A stretch of DNA of 64,000 nt from Oscillospiraceae bacterium (GTDB lineage Bacteria; Bacillota; Clostridia; Oscillospirales; CAG-272): positions 6,422-70,421 of the forward strand of contig SVTS01000003.1 of the NCBI GenBank assembly GCA_015063645.1, written 5' to 3'. This document shows positions 29,201-37,233 of the stretch, piece by piece. The notes beneath the pieces were generated by a model. It was not told the DNA's origin, made no database searches, and saw only the letters and a list, made by a program, of their open reading frames with translations. The position numbers and the translations under genes were made by a program. Numbering within the stretch: the stretch's first letter is position 1; every line of letters begins with the position of its first letter.

Positions 29201-30065
29201 TCATGGTGATATAGGTGGTAGCACCGCTGACAGCGGAATCCACGATAATCTTCTTTACATCGGTATCATCCAGATCTACGGTAGCGGTACCGCGGATGAT
29301 CAGTTCTCCAATATCACAGTCCTCCAGGACAACCTTACCGCCGGAAGCGCCTTCGGTGATGATAAGGCGGTCGGTGATGCGGGCGTCACGAACGGTGACG
29401 TTAGACTTGGTGATCACGCCGTTGCCGGCTGCTGCAGTCAGATCGGTGCCTTCCTGGCTGCCGCGGAAGATCGTACCGACGGCACGGTGCAGGATGGCGG
29501 CTGCCTCACGGCGCTGCAGAGTAGCATCGGGGTCAAAATTACCGTTATCTCTGCCCTTGAAGAGACCTTCGTAAGTTGCCTGCAGGACATAATCCCTGTA
29601 GGAAAGCTTGATCTTCGAGAAGTCGGGATATGTAGAGGACGGAGCGGCATTATCGGGATCCAGATCCAGATAACGAACCAGCAGAGCGGCAGCCTCCTGA
29701 CGGCTCAGCTGACCATTGGGATTCATGGAGGCGCCGTAATTCAGAAGGAATCCCTGTGCGGCGGCTCTCTGGATATAGGGATAGTACCAATCGCCGGATT
29801 TTACATCCGAATAATTGATTGTGGTGGTTGCCGACAGACCGAAGGTCTCGCACATCATTTTGATGAACTCGGCACGGGTCACGATACGGGTAGGCTTGAA
29901 CGTGCCATCTTCCGGATAACCGTTCAGGATGCCCTTGCTGACCATGTATTCAATCTCGTTGATCGCCCAGTCGGTCTCGATATCCGGGAACGACGCGGCA
30001 ACGCTTACGCCGATACATGAAAAGACAAGAAGCACCGACATAAGCGCAGATACGATTCTTTTCAT
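26211..30065 (-). CDS. Large SLH-domain surface protein with eight ~100-aa C-terminal repeats
   Basis: Signal peptide; three SLH domains (FPDI..WA, GYPEDGTFKP..VTRAEF, LSRQEAA, LQRREAA); repeats GF..P...GTLYYY.T...YPY...Y.P. Confidence 0.9.
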   Translation of the reverse strand: MKRIVSALMSVLLVFSCIGVSVAASFPDIETDWAINEIEYMVSKGILNGYPEDGTFKPTRIVTRAEFIKMMCETFGLSATTTINYSDVKSGDWYYPYIQRAAAQGFLLNYGASMNPNGQLSRQEAAALLVRYLDLDPDNAAPSSTYPDFSKIKLSYRDYVLQATYEGLFKGRDNGNFDPDATLQRREAAAILHRAVGTIFRGSQEGTDLTAAAGNGVITKSNVTVRDARITDRLIITEGASGGKVVLEDCDIGELIIRGTATVDLDDTDVKKIIVDSAVSGATTYITMSSGLDIGEVQLKTPGRIEVSSRTVIGKLTVEKDAKNSSATGYGVVEELYVDADGFEADKVPTTYELASGVTAHFDGIKYSGSSTTAANTGFTEVPSSYASASSCFLTSTSIANGTLYYYFTSNATAPSKTTFDSFHEASAVKGSYTVAKTTMDKNVATAMASAAYPYIIVMLRDNNGNSYDPLVISNRASSGFSVAPEVSTSNSYHYLAYTPTVGGTLYYYYTNNSDVPTVSSFSSTYTANSTSYKGTVDVSAGKSASSVLLSTSRVSNYAYIAVMLEEKIGENYQPVLVPAKATVSSLGNGFSSTPKCTLTADGIALSYNAANTGTLQYYFSSSNVEPSAAQFDTNLALADTAMTGAATVTAGKSATLMIGKNVSASSYPYVVLRLTSGTTRYNPVVVSTSGVALDLTGTGFNAVPTVSVANGYFYLTPNTSYSSRVYYYMTNSTSVANADVFLRNYENSVSSYLASKTGGYITTSSFSSAALQTNLAATTQTTYKYLALMMSVNGQNYKPIVVPLAKVDITQIEVGDLFLAGPMYSVFTVSHQIDFTARKNGNIFYYYTDSKDEELDVDSIIANALFGAGNNNHKVVTANKAEYIVINDFPEDELPEFIAIIFQDDVGNIYEPIYLKTDGTSGYSMASTGFAVTPTVSAASTASGYPTLSFSTMEYGTIYYYFTNSTNYTPTTVNAFFSMYNSSTLERLRGTLSTSIGRDSQSLYTISNPSGYPYVVVMFQNAEGGTGGYYKPVCLRVGGGSTGGGSSYMQEAFNSTPYLNGYSLYYNPAVTGTLYYSYSDTNDINDWLEMFKIGAVAGASNYNELSGLLVSIGKGGKTTVTSTGSSRSLTLTVDTTEKYLTVWMVTTAGTLTSPKFILTSSSGSGYPGTGTGTGSSSITANGFVYDPFQAGDSIAFRVPYSGVVKYVFTNSTESNVTNTTFDTAYGSYYTSSDSITISDSSIFHSFDIPVGTYPYSTSYKYVWIQYTTYFGFTYDPVVRMLEN

Positions 30066-30134
30066 TTTCTTTCTCCAATTCATTTTATTATAATCCGCAT
30101 ACTTTGACGCGGATAGACGCTCTTTTGTTCCGTA

Positions 30135-30716
30135 TTACAGAACGGATTCCAGTGCGGCAGGCTTGTCCGTTTCAGCAAGCCGGGCTGCTATGGCTTTCAT
30201 ATCCGTGTACATATCTTCCCGTTTTGCCGGATCTCGCAGCAGAGCTGCAGGATGATAGACAGCACACAGAGCAAAGCCGCTTTTCTCAAAGAAGACACCG
30301 TGCTCCTTTGTGATTTTGAAATCCGGACGGATCAGCCGCATGGCGGAAATGCGTCCCAGACACACGATGATTTTCGGGCGGATCAGTTTCACCTGCGCTC
30401 GCAGATAATCGATACAGGCATCCTGCTCTGCGGGCAGGGGATCCCGGTTATCCGGCGGACGGCATTTCAGGATATTGGCGATATACACCGATTCACGCTC
30501 GATACCGACAGCACCCAGATATTTATCCAGCAGTTTCCCCGCCGCACCGACAAAGGGAATACCGCTTTCATCCTCCCTGGCACCCGGTGCCTCTCCGACA
30601 AACATCAGATCAGCTTCTCTGTTTCCCACACCGAATACACAGTTCGTACGGCTTTTGTGCAAATCACAGCGCGTGCAGCCGCGGCACGCCGCCTCAAGTT
30701 CCTCCCAGGATTGCAT
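30135..30716 (-). CDS. Uracil-DNA glycosylase family 4
   Basis: C..C..C Fe-S cluster, GEAPG, PFVG, NILKCRPP and YHPA motifs. Confidence 0.93.
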   Translation of the reverse strand: MQSWEELEAACRGCTRCDLHKSRTNCVFGVGNREADLMFVGEAPGAREDESGIPFVGAAGKLLDKYLGAVGIERESVYIANILKCRPPDNRDPLPAEQDACIDYLRAQVKLIRPKIIVCLGRISAMRLIRPDFKITKEHGVFFEKSGFALCAVYHPAALLRDPAKREDMYTDMKAIAARLAETDKPAALESVL

Positions 30717-30874
30717 GATGTCACCTCTTTTCCCGACAGCTTGGGAGTTCGGATAGCGATACATATTTATTATACACTATTTTTCCGGAAAAGGAAAGAC
30801 ATCCGGCGTTTTTTCTTTGAGAAATATGCACCTTTTTTAGAAAAATTTCGCAAAAACCGGGATATTTCCGAATC

Positions 30875-33337
30875 TCAGTACGGATCGTCGTCAAAAGCGG
30901 AGAACAGAGTACCGTCCTCTTTTTTTTTGCGGATCGTTTCAATCAGGGAATCCAGCTGCTCAAACGCCCACAGGATCGTGCGGAACAGATAGTAGGAGAG
31001 CAGAATCAGCACGCCCAGCACCAGTCCGCCGCCATCGGTCAGCGGCACAAAATCGAACACTTTTCCAAATGCCGCAAAGCACAGAATCACCGCCAGCGCC
31101 ATGGCACCGATCACACCGCCGCGCTTCCAGTTCAGAGGACGGCAGACTTCAAAGAGAACGAGCAGTCCGATACCGGACAGAATCGCCGCCGCCATGGTAC
31201 AGAGTTGATCGTTGGGGAAGGTGAACGCCGCGGCGAATGCCTGCAGAAGAAGGACCACCGCCAGATTGGCCAGTCCGCCGGGAAGCGCCTGTCTCAGCAC
31301 GTTGAGCATGAAACGTCCCGTAATCCGTTCTCTGTTCGGCTCCAATGCCAGGAAAAACGCCGGCACGCCGATAGTCAGCGCGCTGATCATGGACAACTGG
31401 ATTGGCACAAGGGGATACGGCAGATTGAACAGAAGAGTAAACAGCGACAGCAGGAAGGAGAAGATATTCTTCACCAGGAACAGCGTAGCGGCGCGCTGGA
31501 TGTTATTGATTACCCGGCGTCCCTCGCCAACCACGTAGGGCATGGAGCGGAAATTGGAATCCATCAGCACCAGCTGTGCCACATGGCAGGCAGCATCACT
31601 GCCGGAGGCCATGGCGATGCCGCAGTCGGCATCTTTCAGCGCCAGAACGTCATTGACACCGTCGCCGGTCATGGCAACGGTATGTCCGGCAGCCTGCAGG
31701 GCACGCACCAGCTTCCTCTTCTGATCCGGCGTAACGCGGCCGAAAACGGTGTACTTCTCCACCGCCTCCGCGTAATCCTCATCTTCCTTCAGCCTTGCGG
31801 CGTCGATATATTTCCCCGCGTCGCGGATGCCTGCCTGACGGGCAACCTCTGCAACGGTGCGGGGATTATCACCGGAGATAACCTTGACAGTCACGCCCTG
31901 CTCGGCAAAATAGCGGAACGTATCCGGTGCATCGGGACGGATACGGTTGGTCAGCGGAATCAATGCCATGGGATAGACACGGCTCGGCTGCAGAGGGGCA
32001 GTATTATCCGGTATACCGTCATACTGCGCCAGAAGCAGCACACGGTAGCCGGATGCTGCAAGCACATCCACCGCTTCCTTCAGAAGCCCGAAGCGGGCGC
32101 CCATAATGAAATCCGGTGCGCCGATCACATAGCTGCCCTGTCCTTCAAAGACAGCGGCGCTCCATTTGGTCGCGGAGGTAAACGGAACACGGGCACGGCA
32201 GTGCCAGTCCGTCTCACCGCGGTAATATTCAATCATGGCGCGTTCCGTATCGTTTTCTCCATCGGGCAGATTATAGTATGCGCTGAGCACAGACTTCACC
32301 CGGCTCATGGGGAACTCCTTCTCCGCAAGGAGCACCGGATCGCCTGCCTTCATCACTTCTTCGGTGATGGTGCCCGTTTTATCCACGCAGAGCACATCCA
32401 CACGGGCAAGGGTTTCGATGCAGTTCATATCCTGCGTCAGCACCTTGCGGCGGGAGAGACGGATCACACTGACCGCCAGCGCCACGCTGGTGAGCAGGAA
32501 CAGTCCCTCCGGAATCATGCCGATCAGTGCCGCGACAGTGGATTCCACCGCCGATTTCACCGGCATTTCCAGAACAAAATACTGCTTCATGAACAGGGCG
32601 ATACCCATGGGAACAAGTGCGATGCCGATGACGCGGATCAGCTTTGTCAGCGACTGCATCATCTCGGATTTCGCCATGCGGACATTTTTCTTCGCCTCGA
32701 TCGTCAGGCGGGAGACATAGGACTGGGCGCCCACTTTGGTCAGCCTTGCCCGGCACCGTCCAGCCACGACAAAGGAGCCGGAAAGCAGCGCATCCCCTTC
32801 GGCTTTGGCGATCTGATCCGCCTCACCGGTAACCAGCGCCTCATTCAGCTGTGCACTGCCGGATACGACAATGGCATCGGCGCAGATCTGGTCCCCCGGA
32901 CCGAATTCCACGATATCATCCCGCACAAGCAAATCAGAGGGAATCATCTGCTTTTTGCCGCTCCGTATGGCGGTGTATTTGTGTACGCTCATCAGCGTCA
33001 TTTTATCGATCGTCCGCTTGGAGCGGATCTCCTGAAAGATACCGATGAGGGTATTGGCGATGGCGATCACCAGAAAGAACAGATCCTTATAGGAGCCTAC
33101 GATAATCAGGCAGACCGCCAGAATTACGAAAATAAAGTTAAAGAAAGTCAGCGAATGCTGCAGAACAATCTGTTTTTCCGTTTTGGTGGGCGACTCCACC
33201 GGCGTATTGGCAAGTCCGTGTTCCCGGCGAAGGAGCGCTTCGTCATCAGTGAGCCCATCATCCGGGGAAGCTTCTCTGACGGAAACTGCCTGAGGCGAAT
33301 ACAGCAGCGCCTCTTGCTGCGTCTTATGTTTTTTCAT
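30875..33337 (-). CDS. Cation-transporting P-type ATPase (CtpE-like)
   Basis: TGE, MIPEGL, DKTGT, SGDN and GDGVND motifs. Confidence 0.95.
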   Translation of the reverse strand: MKKHKTQQEALLYSPQAVSVREASPDDGLTDDEALLRREHGLANTPVESPTKTEKQIVLQHSLTFFNFIFVILAVCLIIVGSYKDLFFLVIAIANTLIGIFQEIRSKRTIDKMTLMSVHKYTAIRSGKKQMIPSDLLVRDDIVEFGPGDQICADAIVVSGSAQLNEALVTGEADQIAKAEGDALLSGSFVVAGRCRARLTKVGAQSYVSRLTIEAKKNVRMAKSEMMQSLTKLIRVIGIALVPMGIALFMKQYFVLEMPVKSAVESTVAALIGMIPEGLFLLTSVALAVSVIRLSRRKVLTQDMNCIETLARVDVLCVDKTGTITEEVMKAGDPVLLAEKEFPMSRVKSVLSAYYNLPDGENDTERAMIEYYRGETDWHCRARVPFTSATKWSAAVFEGQGSYVIGAPDFIMGARFGLLKEAVDVLAASGYRVLLLAQYDGIPDNTAPLQPSRVYPMALIPLTNRIRPDAPDTFRYFAEQGVTVKVISGDNPRTVAEVARQAGIRDAGKYIDAARLKEDEDYAEAVEKYTVFGRVTPDQKRKLVRALQAAGHTVAMTGDGVNDVLALKDADCGIAMASGSDAACHVAQLVLMDSNFRSMPYVVGEGRRVINNIQRAATLFLVKNIFSFLLSLFTLLFNLPYPLVPIQLSMISALTIGVPAFFLALEPNRERITGRFMLNVLRQALPGGLANLAVVLLLQAFAAAFTFPNDQLCTMAAAILSGIGLLVLFEVCRPLNWKRGGVIGAMALAVILCFAAFGKVFDFVPLTDGGGLVLGVLILLSYYLFRTILWAFEQLDSLIETIRKKKEDGTLFSAFDDDPY

Positions 33338-33391
33338 CCGGATCCCTTCAACAAATTTGGATTTTTTCTGACAAAATCATATATATAGATT

Positions 33392-33420
33392 ATTGTAGCC
33401 CGTTTTTCCCGCTTCGTCAA
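33392..33420 (-). promoter_or_regulatory. sigmaA promoter for the P-type ATPase
   Basis: TTGACG, 17 bp spacer, TACAAT on the minus strand. Confidence 0.6.
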
Positions 33421-33486
33421 GGGATAGAAAGTAAGTTTACATTTTAGCAACAGAATATTGATTTCCGTCGGGAAATGCACAGCGGT

Positions 33487-33515
33487 TCATAATTCTGTCT
33501 CTTTTGCCATATACT
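33487..33515 (+). promoter_or_regulatory. Possible sigmaE (mother-cell) promoter upstream of the YihY gene
   Basis: TCATA, 16 bp spacer, CATATACT; fits the ATA-N16-CATAcanT consensus. Confidence 0.4.
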
Positions 33516-33546
33516 ATCCCTATCCCCCACAAAGGAGTTACCCGTA

Positions 33547-34428
33547 ATGCCCTCTCCGCACCGCTCCGCTGTAGTCAGCCTCCGTACTGCCGTCCGTCTG
33601 TGGCGCAGAGCCGCCGCAATTCTGCGTCGGGATCAGCTGAGTGTATACGCTGCACAGGCATCGTTTTTTCTGCTTCTTTCCGCGATCCCGCTTCTTGTGC
33701 TCATTCTGAATGTAAGTCATTTCCTGGCAGGCAGCAGTGTGGATTATTTCATCGGCATGCTGCGCGCCGCCGTCCCGGCGGATTTCCATGAGGCACTGGA
33801 TACACTTCTGGATCAGTTGGAGGCAACCGGCGGCATTCCCCTTCTGTCCATCACAGCATTCACCGCGCTGTGGAGTGCATCCCGGGGTATGGCGGCACTG
33901 GAGAGAGGACTCGGCGGCGTATACGGCATTGACATGAATCACGGATTCTTCCGGAATATTCTGCGCTCGCTTCTGTACACGGCTGTCTTTATTCTGCTGA
34001 TTCCCGCCACGCTTCTGCTGCTCGTCTTCGGCGCGCAGATCGCGGATTTCATCATGTCGGCACTGCCCGCGCTGGAGTCGCCCATTACCCGCCTGATGGA
34101 AGCCCGCGGTCTGCTCATGTTTCTGTTTCTCTCGCTGTTTTTCTCGCTGGAACATCACATCATTCTGCGGCACGACCGCCGCGGCGGACGCATGCCGCTG
34201 TATCTGCCGGGCGCGATGCTCTCCGCCGCGGGATGGATGCTGTTTTCCTATCTGTATTCGCTGTATATCCGATACTTTCCCCGTTCAGCTCAGCTGTACG
34301 GCAGTCTGGCACTGCTTGTGATCCTGATGCTCTGGCTGTATTTCTGCATGATCATTTTCCTCTGCGGAGCGGAGGTAAACAAACTGATCAACCGCTGGAT
34401 TGCGGAAGAGAAACGTCCGCGCCCGTAA
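33547..34428 (+). CDS. YihY/BrkB family membrane protein
   Basis: AAQASFF.LLS.IP, LWSAS.G and LYGSL..L.ILMLWLY motifs. Confidence 0.9.
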   Translation: MPSPHRSAVVSLRTAVRLWRRAAAILRRDQLSVYAAQASFFLLLSAIPLLVLILNVSHFLAGSSVDYFIGMLRAAVPADFHEALDTLLDQLEATGGIPLLSITAFTALWSASRGMAALERGLGGVYGIDMNHGFFRNILRSLLYTAVFILLIPATLLLLVFGAQIADFIMSALPALESPITRLMEARGLLMFLFLSLFFSLEHHIILRHDRRGGRMPLYLPGAMLSAAGWMLFSYLYSLYIRYFPRSAQLYGSLALLVILMLWLYFCMIIFLCGAEVNKLINRWIAEEKRPRP

Positions 34429-34430
34429 AG

Positions 34431-34464
34431 AACAGCCCTTTCCGATCCGGAAAAGGCTGTTTTT
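34431..34464. terminator. Terminator between convergent genes
   Basis: AACAGCC.TTTCCG/CGGAAA.GGCTGTT stem with T tract. Confidence 0.7.
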
Positions 34465-34470
34465 GTTTAT

Positions 34471-37122
34471 TCATCGGAATTCTTTCAGTTTGGAGGTCAA
34501 TAGCATACAGCGCGCCGTTTCATGCCAGCTTTCCGGCGTGATCAGCTCCGTTTCACGGGCTATCGCATCGGCGATATACTCCGGATTCAGATACTCTGTA
34601 TTGCCGCAGGCGGTGATCGCTTCCACAACGAGGGTACCGTTATCTGCATCGTACCGCGCCTGCAGTCCCCGCATCAGGGAAGTAATATCCACTTCTTTTT
34701 CGCCGCTCTTGGATTTTTTTATCATGAGCACCGGTGAAGCAAAGCGCTTTTCGATCTGCTCTGCCGCCTCTGCCGACGCGTGAGGCGTATGGAATATCAG
34801 CCGGCAGCGTGCGAAGGCGATCTCCGACAGTTTTGCGGCAGATTCGTAGGCATCCAGGATATCAATCCCGTCCGGTGCCACGGCAGTCATCCGTTCTTTG
34901 ATTTCACTGAGAGACACGTCGGAGCGGACCCGGATATCCAGAATCTCCCGCTCGGATGCGCATCCCACGGAGAGAGGAGACGCGAACACCAGCTTCGGAC
35001 GGGGATTATATCCCTCCGAATAGTACACCGGCAGACCGGAACGGGTCACGATATGCATCATGATCCGCTGCAGATCCAGATGTCCGATGAACAGCGCAGG
35101 ATGCCGCTTGCGGAAGAGAATCCGCACGGGACGGAAGAGTGTTTTTGTGGGATCAATCGGCGGGACAAATCCGGGCAGACCCTTGGGCTGTGCCGGCTCA
35201 GCCGGCTTCGCAGGAGCTGATGCATCAGGCTTTGCAGCCTTCACAGGAGCATTTCCGCCGCGCATCTTGCCGCCGGGGCACCATGTACAGTTCTTCGCAT
35301 CGGTTATGCCGTCGGCACCGCATCCGGAGCACTGATCGTGACATCCGGGGGTAGGCGTACCCTGCTGTGCCTTGTGGCGCTCACGGAGCAGATAGGATTT
35401 CGACACGCCGCAGTCGATCATATCCCACGGAAGAATCTCGTCATCCGGAATGGAGCGATTGGCATAGAATGCCGGATCCAGCCCCACACGGCGGAGCACG
35501 TCCATCCACTTATCATAACAGAAGTGGTCTTCCCAGGAATCGAAGCGGAAGCCCTCTTTCTGCGCCAGCTCCAGCGCATCAGCCAGACGGCGGTCACCGC
35601 GGGCAAGCACTGCCTCCATATGGGAAGTACGTGCATCGTGATAATTATAGCGGATCTTACGGTCCGTGATTTTGGAGGCAATGAATTTCTGTTTTGCCAG
35701 CAGTGTCTCCATATCCTCCTGCGGCTCCCACTGGAACGGCGTCATCGGCTTCGGAATAAAGCATGCCACGCTGATGGTGACCTGCGGCGGACGGGCACGG
35801 TTGCGTCCCGGCGTACGGTAGAATTCATCCAGCACATGCGCCGCCAGATCGGCGATTCCCGCCAGATCCTCCTCCGTCTCTCCGGGCAGACCGTTCATAA
35901 AATACAGCTTTACCTGATTCTTGCCCGCTTCAAATGCGATGCGGCAGGCGCCCAGGATTTCCTCTTCGGTGACGTTTTTATTGATCACGTCTCTGAGGCG
36001 CTGTGTGCCCGCCTCAGGCGCAAATGTGAGGGTGGATGTCCGGACACTGGATACCTTATCCATCAGTTCTTTCGTAAAGCTGTCGGCGCGCAGGGACGGC
36101 AGTGCCAGATTGATCTTCTTCTCATCCGTCCACTCCAGCAGGCGGTCGGTCAGCTCATCAATTTCGGTATAATCGCTGATGGACAGGGACATCAGGGAAA
36201 TCTCGTCATAGCCGGTATTTTCAGCGGTTTCTCTCGCCAGATCGCAGAGAACGGGGACGGATTTTTCACGCACCGGGCGGGAAATAAATCCTGCCTGACA
36301 GAAGCGGCATCCGCGCACGCAGCCGCGGTACACTTCCAGCGTCACGCGATCCTGCACCGTCTCGATCAGCGGCATTACAGGACAGGTGGGCACCACGGTA
36401 TGATCCACATCAGCGACGATGCGTTTTTTTACCTTGGCGGGAACATCGTCATATTTCGGCGTGATCGATGCGATTGTTCCGTCTTCCTTGTAGCAAATCT
36501 CATACAGAGACGGCACGTAGAAGCCCTCCAGCCGTGCCGCGGCACGCAGGAATGCTTCCTTTGTGAACGAGCCGTCCTTCTTCATGGACAGATACAGCCG
36601 CGCAAGCTCCGGCAGGGCTTCCTCACCCTCGCCAATGGAGAATATATCCACAAACGGCGCCATGGGCTCTCCGTTATATGCGCAGGGACCGCCCGCCAGA
36701 ATGATCGGCGCATCCTCACCGCGATCTGCGGAACGCAGGGGCAATCCTGCCAGATCCATCATATTCAGCACGTTTGTGTAGCACATCTCATACTGCAGTG
36801 TGAACGCAACAATATCGAATTCGCCCACACCGTCTCCGCTTTCGTGGGTAAAGAGCGGAATGCCGCGGCGGCGCATTTCGTCCTCCATATCCGTCCACGG
36901 TGCATAGACACGCTCGCACCATACGCCGTCCACTTCATTCAGCGCCTGCGTGAGAATCCGCATGCCCAGATTGGACATACCGATCTCATAGGTATCCGGG
37001 AAACAGAATGCAACGCGAAGCTGTACCTCATCGGGATTCTTGAACACCGATCCCGGCTCACCGCCGCTGTATCTGCCCGGTTTTTCCACATCTGCCAGAA
37101 AAGCACGGATGTCATCTCTCAT
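34471..37122 (-). CDS. B12-binding radical SAM protein (TIGR03960-type) fused to a TIGR03936/DUF2344 domain
   Basis: KPGRYSGGE, FPDTYEIGMSN, RGCVRGCRFC; C-terminal HLDLQR..SEGYNPRPK. Start uncertain. Confidence 0.9.
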   Translation of the reverse strand: MRDDIRAFLADVEKPGRYSGGEPGSVFKNPDEVQLRVAFCFPDTYEIGMSNLGMRILTQALNEVDGVWCERVYAPWTDMEDEMRRRGIPLFTHESGDGVGEFDIVAFTLQYEMCYTNVLNMMDLAGLPLRSADRGEDAPIILAGGPCAYNGEPMAPFVDIFSIGEGEEALPELARLYLSMKKDGSFTKEAFLRAAARLEGFYVPSLYEICYKEDGTIASITPKYDDVPAKVKKRIVADVDHTVVPTCPVMPLIETVQDRVTLEVYRGCVRGCRFCQAGFISRPVREKSVPVLCDLARETAENTGYDEISLMSLSISDYTEIDELTDRLLEWTDEKKINLALPSLRADSFTKELMDKVSSVRTSTLTFAPEAGTQRLRDVINKNVTEEEILGACRIAFEAGKNQVKLYFMNGLPGETEEDLAGIADLAAHVLDEFYRTPGRNRARPPQVTISVACFIPKPMTPFQWEPQEDMETLLAKQKFIASKITDRKIRYNYHDARTSHMEAVLARGDRRLADALELAQKEGFRFDSWEDHFCYDKWMDVLRRVGLDPAFYANRSIPDDEILPWDMIDCGVSKSYLLRERHKAQQGTPTPGCHDQCSGCGADGITDAKNCTWCPGGKMRGGNAPVKAAKPDASAPAKPAEPAQPKGLPGFVPPIDPTKTLFRPVRILFRKRHPALFIGHLDLQRIMMHIVTRSGLPVYYSEGYNPRPKLVFASPLSVGCASEREILDIRVRSDVSLSEIKERMTAVAPDGIDILDAYESAAKLSEIAFARCRLIFHTPHASAEAAEQIEKRFASPVLMIKKSKSGEKEVDITSLMRGLQARYDADNGTLVVEAITACGNTEYLNPEYIADAIARETELITPESWHETARCMLLTSKLKEFR

Positions 37123-37134
37123 AGCTGTATATAC

Positions 37135-37229
37135 ACGGGAAACTTCACACAAGTTCCCCGTATCCTTTCACATAAAGTTTTGGAAGAGGGGTACGGGGAG
37201 GGACTTTTTTCAAAAAGTCCCTCCCCGTA
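37135..37229. repeat. REP-like palindromic element (copy A plus an adjacent degenerate hairpin)
   Basis: TACGGGGAGGGACTTTTT-TC-AAAAAGTCCCTCCCCGTA; nearly the same stem recurs at 50931-50963. Confidence 0.7.
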
Positions 37230-37233
37230 TTTC

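Noticed and set aside
26211-30065. Diversity-generating retroelement target in the SLH genes
   Set aside because: No reverse transcriptase and no template/variable repeat pair differing at adenines; the 99-bp repeat in the other SLH gene is exact.
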